Source of the DNA: Bacillus subtilis subsp. subtilis str. 168
Lineage (GTDB): Bacteria > Bacillota > Bacilli > Bacillales > Bacillaceae
Direction: 5' to 3'
Assembly: GCF_000009045.1 (NCBI RefSeq)
Contig: NC_000964.3
Location: 3,968,001-4,032,000, forward strand
Length of the DNA: 64,000 bases
The notes below the pieces were generated by a model. The model was not told the origin of the DNA, made no database searches, and worked only from the letters and a program-made list of their open reading frames with translations. A program made the position numbers and the translations under genes. Position 1 is the first letter of the stretch, and the number at the start of each line of letters is the position of its first letter. Below are positions 1 to 9,807 of the stretch, in pieces.

Positions 1-720
1 GCACAGAATGGAGAAAGTGAGTGACCATCCGAAAAAATCTGCCCGCTCTCCATGAAGAAGGATATGCTCCGCCTGCTTGCAAATCTCAGCCGGAAGCCAC
101 TTCGCACCATCTGGAAATAGTGAAACAGCAAAGGAAACGGCTGCTGTGAGCCCGATCCCGCAAGCCGCAGCTGCTCCGACAGACCGGAATATCGTACTTC
201 CGGCAAGGCCGGCGGTCACAATAAATATCACCCAAAGAGCGTAAAGGCCAAGGCTTGCGGCAAAGCGGCTGAATGATGCGTCCTCAAACAGCAGCCGGAC
301 GTAATAGTAAGCAAGCCCGTATCCAGCTGCAAACGACATAATGCCGATCACGCTTTGGATGAGCCATTTACTCACGATATAATGGGCTGCCGTCACAGGC
401 CGCGACATAATCAGCGCTGTTACCCCTTGATTTCTTTCATTGGCTACACTGCCCATCACGCTAAAGATGACCAGAGCCATGCCAAGCGTGTTGAATTGAG
501 AAAGCGTGCTGACCATCACTTCAGACCCGGAGGGCATCGTAAAACTGATTTTCATGCCGTCAGGAAGGTTCCCTCCATGTGCGATGATTTCCGGCATATA
601 ATAAATGGTCAGCGGCTGTGTCAGCCCGACGATCATCATCGCAATCGGCAGCCAAATCAGCTTGCCGCTTTTCCATCCTTCCAGCCACTCCTTCTGCAAT
701 AGCGCCATCATCACCTTCAT
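1..720 (-). CDS. yxlG: ABC-2 type permease (3' end outside window)
   Basis: ATG at 720 overlaps yxlF TGA (ATGA). Reads MKVMMALLQKEWLEGWKSGKLIWLP...ANERNQGVTALIMSRP (ABC-2 permease-like). Frame checked over about the first 100 codons; presumed to run to the window edge, which would explain its absence from the ORF track. Confidence 0.88.
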   Translation of the reverse strand, partial: MKVMMALLQKEWLEGWKSGKLIWLPIAMMIVGLTQPLTIYYMPEIIAHGGNLPDGMKISFTMPSGSEVMVSTLSQFNTLGMALVIFSVMGSVANERNQGVTALIMSRPVTAAHYIVSKWLIQSVIGIMSFAAGYGLAYYYVRLLFEDASFSRFAASLGLYALWVIFIVTAGLAGSTIFRSVGAAAACGIGLTAAVSFAVSLFPDGAKWLPAEICKQAEHILLHGERADFFGWSLTFSILC

Positions 721-1604
721 GCGTGCACCACCTTTAGATAGACGTCTTCTAGAGACTCCGTTTTCTGTTCAAAGCGGGTGACGGTCAATCCCTTTCGGAT
801 ACAGTCACTTAATAATGACCGGCCAGCGTGTATATCAGGCAGCTCGAAAACCGCTTGGGACGGATTCTTATAGACAATAGCTGAGACGTAAGGCTTCTCT
901 TCAAGCCAACCTTCCAGCTTCTCTTTCACTGAAAGGGTAAAAACGTTCGTTTGCTGCTGTTGTTTCAGCTCCTGTAACTCGCCTTTCCATGAAATCTCAC
1001 CGTTTTTCATAATCACCACTTGATCACACACCTGTTCTGCATCGTGCAAAACATGTGTAGAAAACAGAACGGCCATATGCTTTTTCAGCTCCCGCATCAT
1101 GTCCAGCACCTCGAACCGTCCTGTCGGATCAAGCGCAGACACCGGTTCATCCAATATCAAAAACTTCGGTTTATGGAGCAGTGCCTGTGCCAGACCGAGT
1201 CTTTGTTTCATGCCTCCTGAATAGCCCCCGATCCTTTTGTGCGCCGCTTCGTGCAAACCGACAAATTCCAGCATCTCGCCGATTTTCTCTTGGCATTTTC
1301 TCTTCGAAAGGCCGGACAGTCTCCCCGCAAATGTCAAAAATTCATTTGCGGTCATCCACGAATAAAAAGCAGGATACTGCGGGAGGTACCCAATCAAACG
1401 CCGATCCAGCTTTTTCTCTCCTAACAGCTTTATGGTTCCAGAGGTTGGCGAAAGCAGTCCGGCCAGCATTTGCAGAGTCGTGGTTTTGCCGGCTCCATTA
1501 GGTCCTAATAGTGCGACACACTCATTTTCATTCACGTGAAAACTGACATTCTTTACAGCTTCATGGTGCCTGTACGATTTGCATAATGATTCAATAGACA
1601 GCAT
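717..1604 (-). CDS. yxlF: ABC transporter ATP-binding protein
   Basis: Walker A GPNGAGKTT, signature YSGGMKQR, Walker B LILDEP; 295 aa. Confidence 0.95.
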   Translation of the reverse strand: MLSIESLCKSYRHHEAVKNVSFHVNENECVALLGPNGAGKTTTLQMLAGLLSPTSGTIKLLGEKKLDRRLIGYLPQYPAFYSWMTANEFLTFAGRLSGLSKRKCQEKIGEMLEFVGLHEAAHKRIGGYSGGMKQRLGLAQALLHKPKFLILDEPVSALDPTGRFEVLDMMRELKKHMAVLFSTHVLHDAEQVCDQVVIMKNGEISWKGELQELKQQQQTNVFTLSVKEKLEGWLEEKPYVSAIVYKNPSQAVFELPDIHAGRSLLSDCIRKGLTVTRFEQKTESLEDVYLKVVHA

Positions 1605-1610
1605 ATCGGC

Positions 1611-1799
1611 TTACCTTTGCTTTCTGCCGACGGTGAAAAATAAAATCGGCCCGATAATATTGATACATACGATGATTGCAGCCCACATCCACTTTGGCCC
1701 GTTCGTCCGCTCTTCTTTTATACAGCTGATAAGGGCAAACACCGCCAAAGCCAGCTGTAATACAATCAGCGGCAAAATCATTTCCCAAGAAATATTCAT
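1611..1799 (-). CDS. yxlE: Small 2-TM protein, PLDc_N-like
   Basis: 62 aa, KWMWAAIIVCINIIGPILFFTVGR resembles PLDc_N motif; in sigY operon. Confidence 0.85.
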   Translation of the reverse strand: MNISWEMILPLIVLQLALAVFALISCIKEERTNGPKWMWAAIIVCINIIGPILFFTVGRKQR

Positions 1800-2002
1800 T
1801 GCTTGATCCCCCTTTTCTTCCGATCCGGCCTAATGACAAAAAAGTAATAACAAATCAGAGGCATCGGTGCTTGAATCAATCCGACAATCCCCCAAACCCA
1901 TGCCATGTGATTACGTTTTTTCGCATCAATAAATAAAAAGATTCCCTGCGCCAATACGATGAGACAAGCCGCAACCGTTATGATAATTTCTGTTTGTGTC
2001 AT
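1796..2002 (-). CDS. yxlD: Small 2-TM protein, SigY accessory/negative regulator
   Basis: 68 aa from ATG 2002 overlapping yxlC stop; WVWGIVGLIQAPMPLICYYFFVIRP. Confidence 0.85.
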   Translation of the reverse strand: MTQTEIIITVAACLIVLAQGIFLFIDAKKRNHMAWVWGIVGLIQAPMPLICYYFFVIRPDRKKRGIKQ

Positions 2003-2319
2003 CCGCGTTTCACCTCGCATTCGCCGAGATGCCTTTTTTTCTCAGCCGCAATCAAAATCGGCAGCACCGCAAGCACACAAACCTGAAGCACAATAAACAC
2101 AGCAGGAGCTTGAGTGAAAGCTAAGATTGCAGCACTCACAACCATCAGCGCGCAGAATACAAATAAAATGATCTCTTGAAGAAGTTTTTTTCTGTATTCA
2201 GCTTTCATTTGTGACAGCTGGTGAAGCAGTTCTTTTTGATTCGGTATAGAGGGATTGGCTGTTTGATCAATTTTTTTCCATTCTGACTTTAAATGATCAG
2301 AAAGCTTTTCTTTATTCAT
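1999..2319 (-). CDS. yxlC: Membrane anti-sigma factor for SigY
   Basis: Directly after sigY; soluble N-terminus plus 2 C-terminal TM segments; AAGGAG RBS favours second ATG. Confidence 0.85.
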
Positions 2320-2848
2320 CATCCCACTCCTTTCTGATTTGCTGGAGCCCTTTATGAACTCTGGACTTTACAGTGCCTTCTTTGATTTGAAGCATCACCC
2401 CGATTTCAGCGTAGGTATAGCCGTAGTAATGCCTTAATAAAACCGGTGTGCGCAGTTTAGGGTCCAGCTTTGAAAACAGATCGAGCGTTTCGCTCCACTC
2501 TGCCCCTTTCGCCGACACGTCCCACTTGATCTTGCGGATTGTTTCCTCCGTAACTGTCTGATTCCGTTTCCATTCTCTCTTTCTCTTTTTCTGGTGATCG
2601 AGATAGAGCCGCGATGCAATGGAGATCAGCCATGTGGAGAATTTTGAACGGCCCTGAAAGCTTCTTAAATGGATGTACCCTTTCAGAAAGGTTTCCTGAA
2701 CAAGTTCCTCGCTGAGATCGGGGTGAAGGGAAAGCTTTAACAAGTATTTATATAAGAAAGAATAGTGATAGTGGAAAAGGGCTGTAAACGCCTCGTCGTT
2801 TCCCTCTTTCGCCTGCTGGATCAGCCGCTGTTCTTCTTGTGTATCCAA
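2312..2848 (-). CDS. sigY: ECF RNA polymerase sigma factor SigY
   Basis: Region 2 ([12 protein letters not shown]...FSTWL) and region 4 HTH (YTYAEIG...[10 protein letters not shown]); 178 aa. Confidence 0.95.
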
Positions 2849-2886
2849 TGACCGTGATCCCCCCTTTTTTGTTTTTCTGCCTTATG

Positions 2887-2913
2887 AGACGACACCGGAT
2901 TCAAAAGCGTTCA
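2887..2913 (-). promoter_or_regulatory. SigY-type autoregulatory ECF promoter
   Basis: Minus strand TGAAC-gcttttgaatccggtgt-CGTCT upstream of sigY. Confidence 0.75.
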
Positions 2914-3059
2914 TCTTTTTTACAATTCTTTTCAGCCATTGACAGATCAGGCTTCCCGGCCGTTTGGCTGCATATCCTTATTTGTAAACCCCCTTATAGT
3001 CTGTTAAGCTATGACTTTATGTCGATTTCAAAAAAACATCCAATATGGAGGACGATGCA

Positions 3060-4433
3060 TTGAAAGTAGAAAGGCGAACGATTGAATATATTCCGAATGA
3101 AGAAAGACATGGTAAAGCGAAAGATTTATTTCCCGTATGGTTCGGGGCTAATATGCATATCACCACGTTAGTGACCGGCACGATTCCCGTTGCAATGGGA
3201 CTTAATCTGTTTTGGAGTGTTGCCGCTATTATTTGCGGAACCTTAATCGGTGCCATATTTATGGCTTCTCATTCCGCGCAAGGCCCTCAGCTAGGCATCC
3301 CGCAAATGATTCAAAGCCGTGCCCAATTCGGCGTAATCGGAGCGATTCTTCCCCTCTTCTTAGTCATGTTTATCTACCTTGGTTTCTTCGCAAGCAGCAC
3401 GATTCTGGCGGCCGGAACCTTAAGCAGCTTTGTTCCCATCCCGGGATCATGGAGCATTATAGGCTTAAGTGCCGTATGTTTTTTACTCACCATTTTCGGC
3501 CATGATTTGATTCACAAAATGCAAAAAATCCTTTCTTGGACCTCTTTTGCTGTATTTTTTGCTGCAACGATTCTCATTTTTCAATTGCCGATTCCGGCAG
3601 GCAGCTGGATACCCGGAGCGATTGATCTGCCAATTTTCCTAGTGGCAGTCAGCGCAGTTGCGACGTGGCAGCTTGCCTACGCGCCGTATGTTGCCGATTA
3701 TTCAAGATATCTGCCAGTTAAAACACCGGCTTCAAAAACATTTTGGTACAGCTATGCAGGTACATCTGTCAGCTCCATCTGGATGATGCTGCTCGGCGCA
3801 TTGCTGACAACCTCACTTCCTGACTTTACGGCAAACTCAGGCAGCCAGATTGTCCAATTGTTCGGTCCCTTCTCGTTTATTATGCTGATCATTGTGCTAT
3901 TTGGGCAAATGGCAATCAATGTTTTTAACCTGTATGGGGCTTTCATGTCCACGACAACAACGCTGGAGCCGTTTCTGAAATTAAAAGTCACGCCCAAAGT
4001 CAGAATCATCATGATCCTGGGTGTCACGCTTGTCGGCACAGTCTTAAGCCTACTGGGACAGAGCAATTTTATGGAACTGTTTTTGAATTTTATCTTTTTC
4101 ATCAGTTATTTCTTAATTCCGTGGACGGCAATCAATTTAGTCGATTACTACTTCGTCCGCCACGGAAAGTATCAAGTCAAAGCCATGTTCGACGTAAACG
4201 GGCCTTATGGAAAGGTCAATTGGATCACCACAATTGCGTTCGTTCTGTCTATCTTGCTGGAAATTCCGTTTATCAACACAAGCTTTTACATCGGACCGCT
4301 TGCCAAAATGTTTGGCGGCGGAGACATCGCATGGATTATCGGCTTGGCCGTGCCTTCTGTGCTTTACTATGTATTAATGAAACCGCGTCTGAAAAAACGG
4401 GCGGGGTATCAAGAAAAGCTGTCTTCTCTCTGA
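3060..4433 (+). CDS. yxlA: NCS1 family purine/cytosine permease
   Basis: About 12 TM; G.QLG.PQMIQSRAQFG and DYSRY motifs; TTG start at 3060 after GGAGG. Confidence 0.88.
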   Translation: MKVERRTIEYIPNEERHGKAKDLFPVWFGANMHITTLVTGTIPVAMGLNLFWSVAAIICGTLIGAIFMASHSAQGPQLGIPQMIQSRAQFGVIGAILPLFLVMFIYLGFFASSTILAAGTLSSFVPIPGSWSIIGLSAVCFLLTIFGHDLIHKMQKILSWTSFAVFFAATILIFQLPIPAGSWIPGAIDLPIFLVAVSAVATWQLAYAPYVADYSRYLPVKTPASKTFWYSYAGTSVSSIWMMLLGALLTTSLPDFTANSGSQIVQLFGPFSFIMLIIVLFGQMAINVFNLYGAFMSTTTTLEPFLKLKVTPKVRIIMILGVTLVGTVLSLLGQSNFMELFLNFIFFISYFLIPWTAINLVDYYFVRHGKYQVKAMFDVNGPYGKVNWITTIAFVLSILLEIPFINTSFYIGPLAKMFGGGDIAWIIGLAVPSVLYYVLMKPRLKKRAGYQEKLSSL

Positions 4434-4446
4434 AGACAGCTTTTTT
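4414..4446. terminator. Bidirectional intrinsic terminator yxlA/yxkO
   Basis: AAAAGCTGTCTTC-tctct-GAAGACAGCTTTTTT. Confidence 0.85.
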
Positions 4447-4447
4447 A

Positions 4448-5278
4448 TCATTCAAATCGTTTCCACACGCGGGGCAGGATGTCAGATAGCTCATGAGCGA
4501 GCAACGTATGAGCGGAGTGCTCGTCCGTCCAGAGCTCGGCGCACGCACCATGCAAATAGACCGCGTTTAATACGGCGTGCTTTGGATCTTCATGGCAGCA
4601 GAGCATCCCCAATATCATGCCCGTCAGCGTGTCACCGGTTCCGCCCTTGGCGAGCGCCCCGTTTCCGGTTGGATTGAGCCAGCAGTCTCCATCAGGAAAC
4701 GCGATGACGGTTTGGTTTCCTTTTAACACAATGACAGTCTGCAGCTGAGCCGCCCATTCCTTTGCATATTCCGCTCTTTTTTTCTGCAATTCGTTCACGG
4801 GCACCCCTGTCATTCGGAAAAACTCGCCCGGGTGCGGCGTGAGGATGACGGGGCCCTCCCGTTTCGGATATGTGCGCTTCGCCAGCGCTCCGGCATCCAA
4901 AATAACAGGACAATCAGCCGTAAGCACATGATCGACTGCCTGCTGTACGCTTTCCGTTTGCGGAAGGCCCGGTCCGATGGCAATGGCCCGGTACGTCTCT
5001 TCAAGCTGAGCATCCGCCGCCTTTTTCCAGCCGTCACGCCAATAGGTCGCCTCGGGCAAAACAGGAACAATTAGCGGGATTACGTTTTCTGATGTACCGA
5101 TGACAAGCTTGCCGAGACCGCTCCGCATGGCCCCAAGCCCTGCAAGCAGCGCTGCTCCCGGCATGTCGTCACTTCCAGCCAGCAGCAAAGCCGTACCGTA
5201 CGTGCCTTTATGGCTCTCCGCATCTCTTTCAGGAAGCGTGGCCCTTACATGCTCTTCCGTCCAAAATGGAACATTCAT
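4448..5278 (-). CDS. nnrD: ADP-dependent NAD(P)H-hydrate dehydratase (yxkO)
   Basis: SHKGTYG, AIGPGL, ILDAGAL, ILTPHPGEF, LAKGGTGD motifs of the YjeF C-terminal family. Confidence 0.93.
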   Translation of the reverse strand: MNVPFWTEEHVRATLPERDAESHKGTYGTALLLAGSDDMPGAALLAGLGAMRSGLGKLVIGTSENVIPLIVPVLPEATYWRDGWKKAADAQLEETYRAIAIGPGLPQTESVQQAVDHVLTADCPVILDAGALAKRTYPKREGPVILTPHPGEFFRMTGVPVNELQKKRAEYAKEWAAQLQTVIVLKGNQTVIAFPDGDCWLNPTGNGALAKGGTGDTLTGMILGMLCCHEDPKHAVLNAVYLHGACAELWTDEHSAHTLLAHELSDILPRVWKRFE

Positions 5279-5335
5279 CTCTATCCCTCCTCTGCTTTCT
5301 TTTCCTATTTTTCCTGTCCCTTTTCTTTTTCAAAC

Positions 5336-5365
5336 AAAAAAGACAGCCTTTTAGGGCTGTCTTTT
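5336..5365 (-). terminator. cydABCD terminator
   Basis: AAAAGACAGCC-ttttag-GGCTGTCTTTT at the cydD stop. Confidence 0.8.
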
Positions 5366-7091
5366 ATTTTACAGGAACATCAAGGTGATACAGGCGGCGA
5401 TATCGTTCGTTTGCCGCCAGCAGCTCCTCATGGGTTCCTTCCATTTCTGTTTTGCCGTTTTCGAGAAATACGATTTTATCGGCTGCTTCCACTCCCGCGA
5501 GATGGTGTGTAATCCATAAAATCGTTTTTCCTTTCAGCACCTCAAACACCGTTTCCATCAATTCACGTTCGGTAATAGGATCGAGGCCGACTGTTGGCTC
5601 ATCGAGGATGATGATCGGTGTATCCTGCAGCAAAATCCTCGCAAGTGCGATCCGCTGGCGCTCTCCACCGGAAAAACGGATGCCGGTTTCTTGTACAGAG
5701 GTATGATATCCGTCAGGCAATGACTCAATGTAGTCATGCAGCTTGACCTGCTTTGCGGCGCGGCGCACATCCTCGTCGCTTGCTTCTCCGTTTCCGAGCC
5801 TGATGTTGTTCAAAATGCTTGTATCAAACAGGTGCGGTTTTTGATTTAACACGGCCACCGCATCCGCAATCTGATCCTTTAACAGCGCTGTCTCCACTCC
5901 GTTTAACGTCACAGAACCGGAGTCCGGTTTCAAGGCGCCTTCGATTAATGCAAGCGATGTTGATTTCCCAGAGCCGCTTCGGCCGAGCAGCGCCATTTTT
6001 TCTCCTTGGCGCAGCGTAAAGGAAAAGTTGTGCAGCACTTGGCTGCTGTTGTCATAAGAAAACGTCACATCACGAAAGGCCAAGGTGACATCTTGAAGAT
6101 CGAGAATTTGATCCCCTGATTCAGTTTGTGACGCCTCCGGCTGAGGAGCCACATTGTTCATGCGTCTGATAGAATCCTGATAGCCCGGCACTTCGCCTAA
6201 GGCATCCGAAAGCGGCAAAAAGGCTTCCGTCAACGGAAACACCACTAGCACAAAAGCGGCAATCATCGTTTTAGCGAGCTCGCCGTCCGCTTGCTGTCCC
6301 GCTGTCCAAAACAGCATCAGCAAAATAAGGCCAGCGACAAGGCATTGCGCAGCAAAGTCCCGCCATCTTGTAAAGCGTTGTTTTTTCCGTTCAAGCTCAA
6401 ACCAATCACGTTCCTCTTTTTCATAAGCATCAATAAAAGCATGCCGGCGTCCGCTGAACATCCAGTCGCTGACACCCATCACAGCATCTGTCAGACGGCT
6501 GTACAGCACATTCCGTCCGCTTTTCAGCTTCGCATTCTTCGCTCTCGTCACGAGCAAAGACACAACCGGAAACAATACAACAAGAACAAACAAATACAGC
6601 GCAAGCAATATGGCAAACGGCCAAGAGAAGAAGCCGAGCGCTATCACTGACACAGCATACAGGAGCAAGGCTGAGATCGCAGGAAAAATCGTTTTTAAGA
6701 AAGCATCCTGCAAATGCTCAATATCCTCAGACAAAATGCCGAGCATATCCCCCGTGCGAAAACGGGAACGCAGCATCAAAGCACCCGGCTCAAGCATATT
6801 GTAAAGGCGGACGCGCATGTCAGATACGATTTTCAAAATGATGTGATGGCCGACGAGCCGTTCCACATATCGCGACACAGAGCGCGCAATCCCAAAGGTG
6901 CGCACAGCGACAATCGGCACATAAATGAGCAGAATGTTTTCCGGCCTTGTCGCCGCTTTAGAAATCAAAAAACCTGAGGTGAACATGAGAAAAGCAGCAG
7001 AAAAAATCGTCACCGCACCCAAAAAGATAACCAGAACGAACAGGCGGGCATTTTGCTTGATATACGGCAAAATCCATTCTTCTTTCTTCAT
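5364..7091 (-). CDS. cydD: Thiol-reductant ABC exporter subunit for cytochrome bd assembly
   Basis: TMD plus NBD (GRSGSGKST, FSGGERQR); RYVERLVGH motif; last gene of cyd operon. Confidence 0.92.
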   Translation of the reverse strand: MKKEEWILPYIKQNARLFVLVIFLGAVTIFSAAFLMFTSGFLISKAATRPENILLIYVPIVAVRTFGIARSVSRYVERLVGHHIILKIVSDMRVRLYNMLEPGALMLRSRFRTGDMLGILSEDIEHLQDAFLKTIFPAISALLLYAVSVIALGFFSWPFAILLALYLFVLVVLFPVVSLLVTRAKNAKLKSGRNVLYSRLTDAVMGVSDWMFSGRRHAFIDAYEKEERDWFELERKKQRFTRWRDFAAQCLVAGLILLMLFWTAGQQADGELAKTMIAAFVLVVFPLTEAFLPLSDALGEVPGYQDSIRRMNNVAPQPEASQTESGDQILDLQDVTLAFRDVTFSYDNSSQVLHNFSFTLRQGEKMALLGRSGSGKSTSLALIEGALKPDSGSVTLNGVETALLKDQIADAVAVLNQKPHLFDTSILNNIRLGNGEASDEDVRRAAKQVKLHDYIESLPDGYHTSVQETGIRFSGGERQRIALARILLQDTPIIILDEPTVGLDPITERELMETVFEVLKGKTILWITHHLAGVEAADKIVFLENGKTEMEGTHEELLAANERYRRLYHLDVPVK

Positions 7092-8791
7092 GCTCTTTCC
7101 CCCAGTTGTGCCTTCACGAGTTTGGTATACACACCGTTTTTCTCCAGCAGTTCATTGTGAGTCCCAATTTCCGCAACCCTGCCCCCGTCAAGCACGATAA
7201 TTTCGTCCATATCGAGCATCCAGTGAAGGCGGTGAGTCGCGAGAAAGACGAGCTTATCCTCAAATAAATCCAGCATCGTTTCTTTTATTTCATATTCTGT
7301 TTCGATATCAAGATGGGCGGTCGGCTCATCCAGCAGCAGGATCGGACGGTTTCCCAAAAAGGCGCGGGCCAGCGCGACACGCTGTGCCTGGCCGCCGCTG
7401 AGCGCCCGGCCGCCTTCCCCGATCCGCCCCTCTAATCCGTCAGGAAGGTTGTTCACCAGCTCCGTCAGTCCCGCTGAGGCAGCAGCACGTGTTGTATCCT
7501 CTGCCGAAGCGCTTGGATGGTAGAAGCGAATGTTGTTGCCAAGCGTATCATCAAAAATGTACGGATGCTGGGGAATGTAAAGAAGGTTCTTCTGCCAGCT
7601 GCCGTCCTGCAAATGGGACCGGCTTGTACCATTAACCTCAATCATCCCGCCATCCGGCTCTAAAAATCCGCCGAGAATATCAATTAATGTTGATTTTCCG
7701 GCGCCGCTTGCACCGATAATGCCGATTTTTTTCTTGCCTTTGAATGAGAGATGAATATCAGACACCGAACGGCCGACTGACACGCCTGACAGCTTCAGCT
7801 CATCCTGATCGGACCAAGCTTCGAGCTGAAGCGGCGTCTCTTCTTTAAAACCAGGCTGCGACAAAATCTCTTGAATGGTTTTTCCTGCTTCCTGGCCGTT
7901 CAGCGTTGCATGATAATCATTCCCCACTTCCCGCACCGGCAAAAAATACTCAGGCGCCAGAATAAGCGCCGTTAAAGCAGGGCCAAGCAAAATATCGCCG
8001 TCAATGAGGCGCAGGCCCAGAAATACTGCGACTGTCGCCACCGACAGCATCGTGAAAAAATCGAGGGCGAATGATGACAAAAACGCCACCCGGAGTGTGC
8101 TCATCGTTGCCTTGCGATACCGCTCACTCACATAGAAAATATTTTTGCTGTGTGACTTGCTCAAACCTAGGAAACGCAATGTCTCCAGCCCGCGAAGAGA
8201 ATCAACAAAATGATTGGAAAGTCTCTGATAGGATTTCCACTGACGATCCGCTTTTCTCTGCGCGACAAGGCCGAGGAGAATCATAAAGATGATCAGAATC
8301 GGCATAGCAGCGACTAAAATGATGGCTGATGTCCGATCCTGAAAAAACACATAAATGACAACTGCCGCAGGCACAATCGCCATGCTGACCATTTTCGGCA
8401 GAAACAGCTCCAGGTAGCGGCGGAACTGGCTGATGCCTTCCATCGCCAGCGTCACCATTTGCCCCGTCCCCTCTTTCTTTGCAAAGCGGGGGCCTAATCG
8501 GAACAGCTGATCAAGAAAACTTTTCCTCAAATCTGCTCCTGTCCGGGCGGCGTATTGATAGACGATTTTCTGTCGCGCCACCGTCATCCCGTGCCGGGCG
8601 ATAAAAGCGATGAGGAAAAAGCCGATCACCGGTAAAAGGGAGGTAATGCCCTTCCCGTTGAACAGTCCGGTTACGGCCTCACTCAGCCACTCTGCCTGCA
8701 TAATAATGGCGGCTGTCTGAATCAACGTTAAACAAGTAATCAAGGTGAGAATCCGCTTCATTCCTTTATATCGAAACAGGTCTTTTCCCAT
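7088..8791 (-). CDS. cydC: Thiol-reductant ABC exporter subunit for cytochrome bd assembly
   Basis: TMD plus NBD (GASGAGKST, LSGGQAQR); ILAPEYFLPVR motif. Confidence 0.92.
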   Translation of the reverse strand: MGKDLFRYKGMKRILTLITCLTLIQTAAIIMQAEWLSEAVTGLFNGKGITSLLPVIGFFLIAFIARHGMTVARQKIVYQYAARTGADLRKSFLDQLFRLGPRFAKKEGTGQMVTLAMEGISQFRRYLELFLPKMVSMAIVPAAVVIYVFFQDRTSAIILVAAMPILIIFMILLGLVAQRKADRQWKSYQRLSNHFVDSLRGLETLRFLGLSKSHSKNIFYVSERYRKATMSTLRVAFLSSFALDFFTMLSVATVAVFLGLRLIDGDILLGPALTALILAPEYFLPVREVGNDYHATLNGQEAGKTIQEILSQPGFKEETPLQLEAWSDQDELKLSGVSVGRSVSDIHLSFKGKKKIGIIGASGAGKSTLIDILGGFLEPDGGMIEVNGTSRSHLQDGSWQKNLLYIPQHPYIFDDTLGNNIRFYHPSASAEDTTRAAASAGLTELVNNLPDGLEGRIGEGGRALSGGQAQRVALARAFLGNRPILLLDEPTAHLDIETEYEIKETMLDLFEDKLVFLATHRLHWMLDMDEIIVLDGGRVAEIGTHNELLEKNGVYTKLVKAQLGERA

Positions 8792-9807
8792 TAATAAGTC
8801 ATAGGCTCCTTATGGCTGACGCGCTTCCGGAAGACATAATAGCTCCAGATCTGGCTGCCGATGACGAACGGCAATAGCGTTAATGCTGCAATTGACATGA
8901 CTTTAAGCGAATAATCTCCAGAAGAAGCGTTAGCTACTGTTAAATCGTATGCGCTATGAAGCGAGCTGACCATTACACGAGGGAATAGGGAAATAAAGAT
9001 CATTCCCACGGTCAGCGCCAGACCAGCGCCTGTCATCCCAAATGTCCAGCCGTCTTTTTTCTTACGAATAAATACAGCCGCGAGCATAAAGCAGATGACA
9101 ATCAAAACAGCGAGCGGAATGGTAATCTCGCCGCGGCGTGTAAACATGTCTGTCTGATACGCAGAAAGGGCCGCGAAGGCAAGAACCGCTACAAAAACAA
9201 CACCCATTATCTTTTGCGCCATTTTCCGGGCGCGGTTTTGCAAATCACCAATCGTACGCAGCGTGATAAACATTAATCCATGCTGGAAGCAAAGAAGCGT
9301 TACCGTCACACCGCCAAGTATAGAATATACATTGATATAATCAGATACATGTGCGTGAATGTTCATGTCGGCATCAATCGGCATCCCGCGGAATAATGTC
9401 GTGAACAGCACACCAAGCACAAACGGAGGAATTAGACTGCCGAAAAAAACGACCCAGTCCCAAACCTTTACCCATTTTAAATGATCCACCTTGCCGCGGA
9501 ACTCAAACGCGACCCCGCGGCCCATTAACGCAAGCAGCACTATGACAAACGGAATGTAATAACCGCTCAGCATCGTTGCATACCAGTTTGGGAATGCCGC
9601 GAAAATGGCGCCTGCGCCAGTCAAAAGCCACACTTCATTCGCGTCCCAGAACGGCCCGATCGTGTTGATCAGCACTCTGCGTTCTAATTCATTATGGCCA
9701 AGAAAACGGGTCGCCATGCCGACCCCGAAATCAAAGCCTTCCAAAAAGAAGAATCCTACAAACAATACAGCAACGAGTATAAACCAAAGATCATGAAGAG
9801 ATGCCAT
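8791..9807 (-). CDS. cydB: Cytochrome bd quinol oxidase subunit II
   Basis: LEGFDFGVG, GPFWDANEVWL; ATG 9807 after AGGAGG (338 aa). Confidence 0.96.
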   Translation of the reverse strand: MASLHDLWFILVAVLFVGFFFLEGFDFGVGMATRFLGHNELERRVLINTIGPFWDANEVWLLTGAGAIFAAFPNWYATMLSGYYIPFVIVLLALMGRGVAFEFRGKVDHLKWVKVWDWVVFFGSLIPPFVLGVLFTTLFRGMPIDADMNIHAHVSDYINVYSILGGVTVTLLCFQHGLMFITLRTIGDLQNRARKMAQKIMGVVFVAVLAFAALSAYQTDMFTRRGEITIPLAVLIVICFMLAAVFIRKKKDGWTFGMTGAGLALTVGMIFISLFPRVMVSSLHSAYDLTVANASSGDYSLKVMSIAALTLLPFVIGSQIWSYYVFRKRVSHKEPMTY

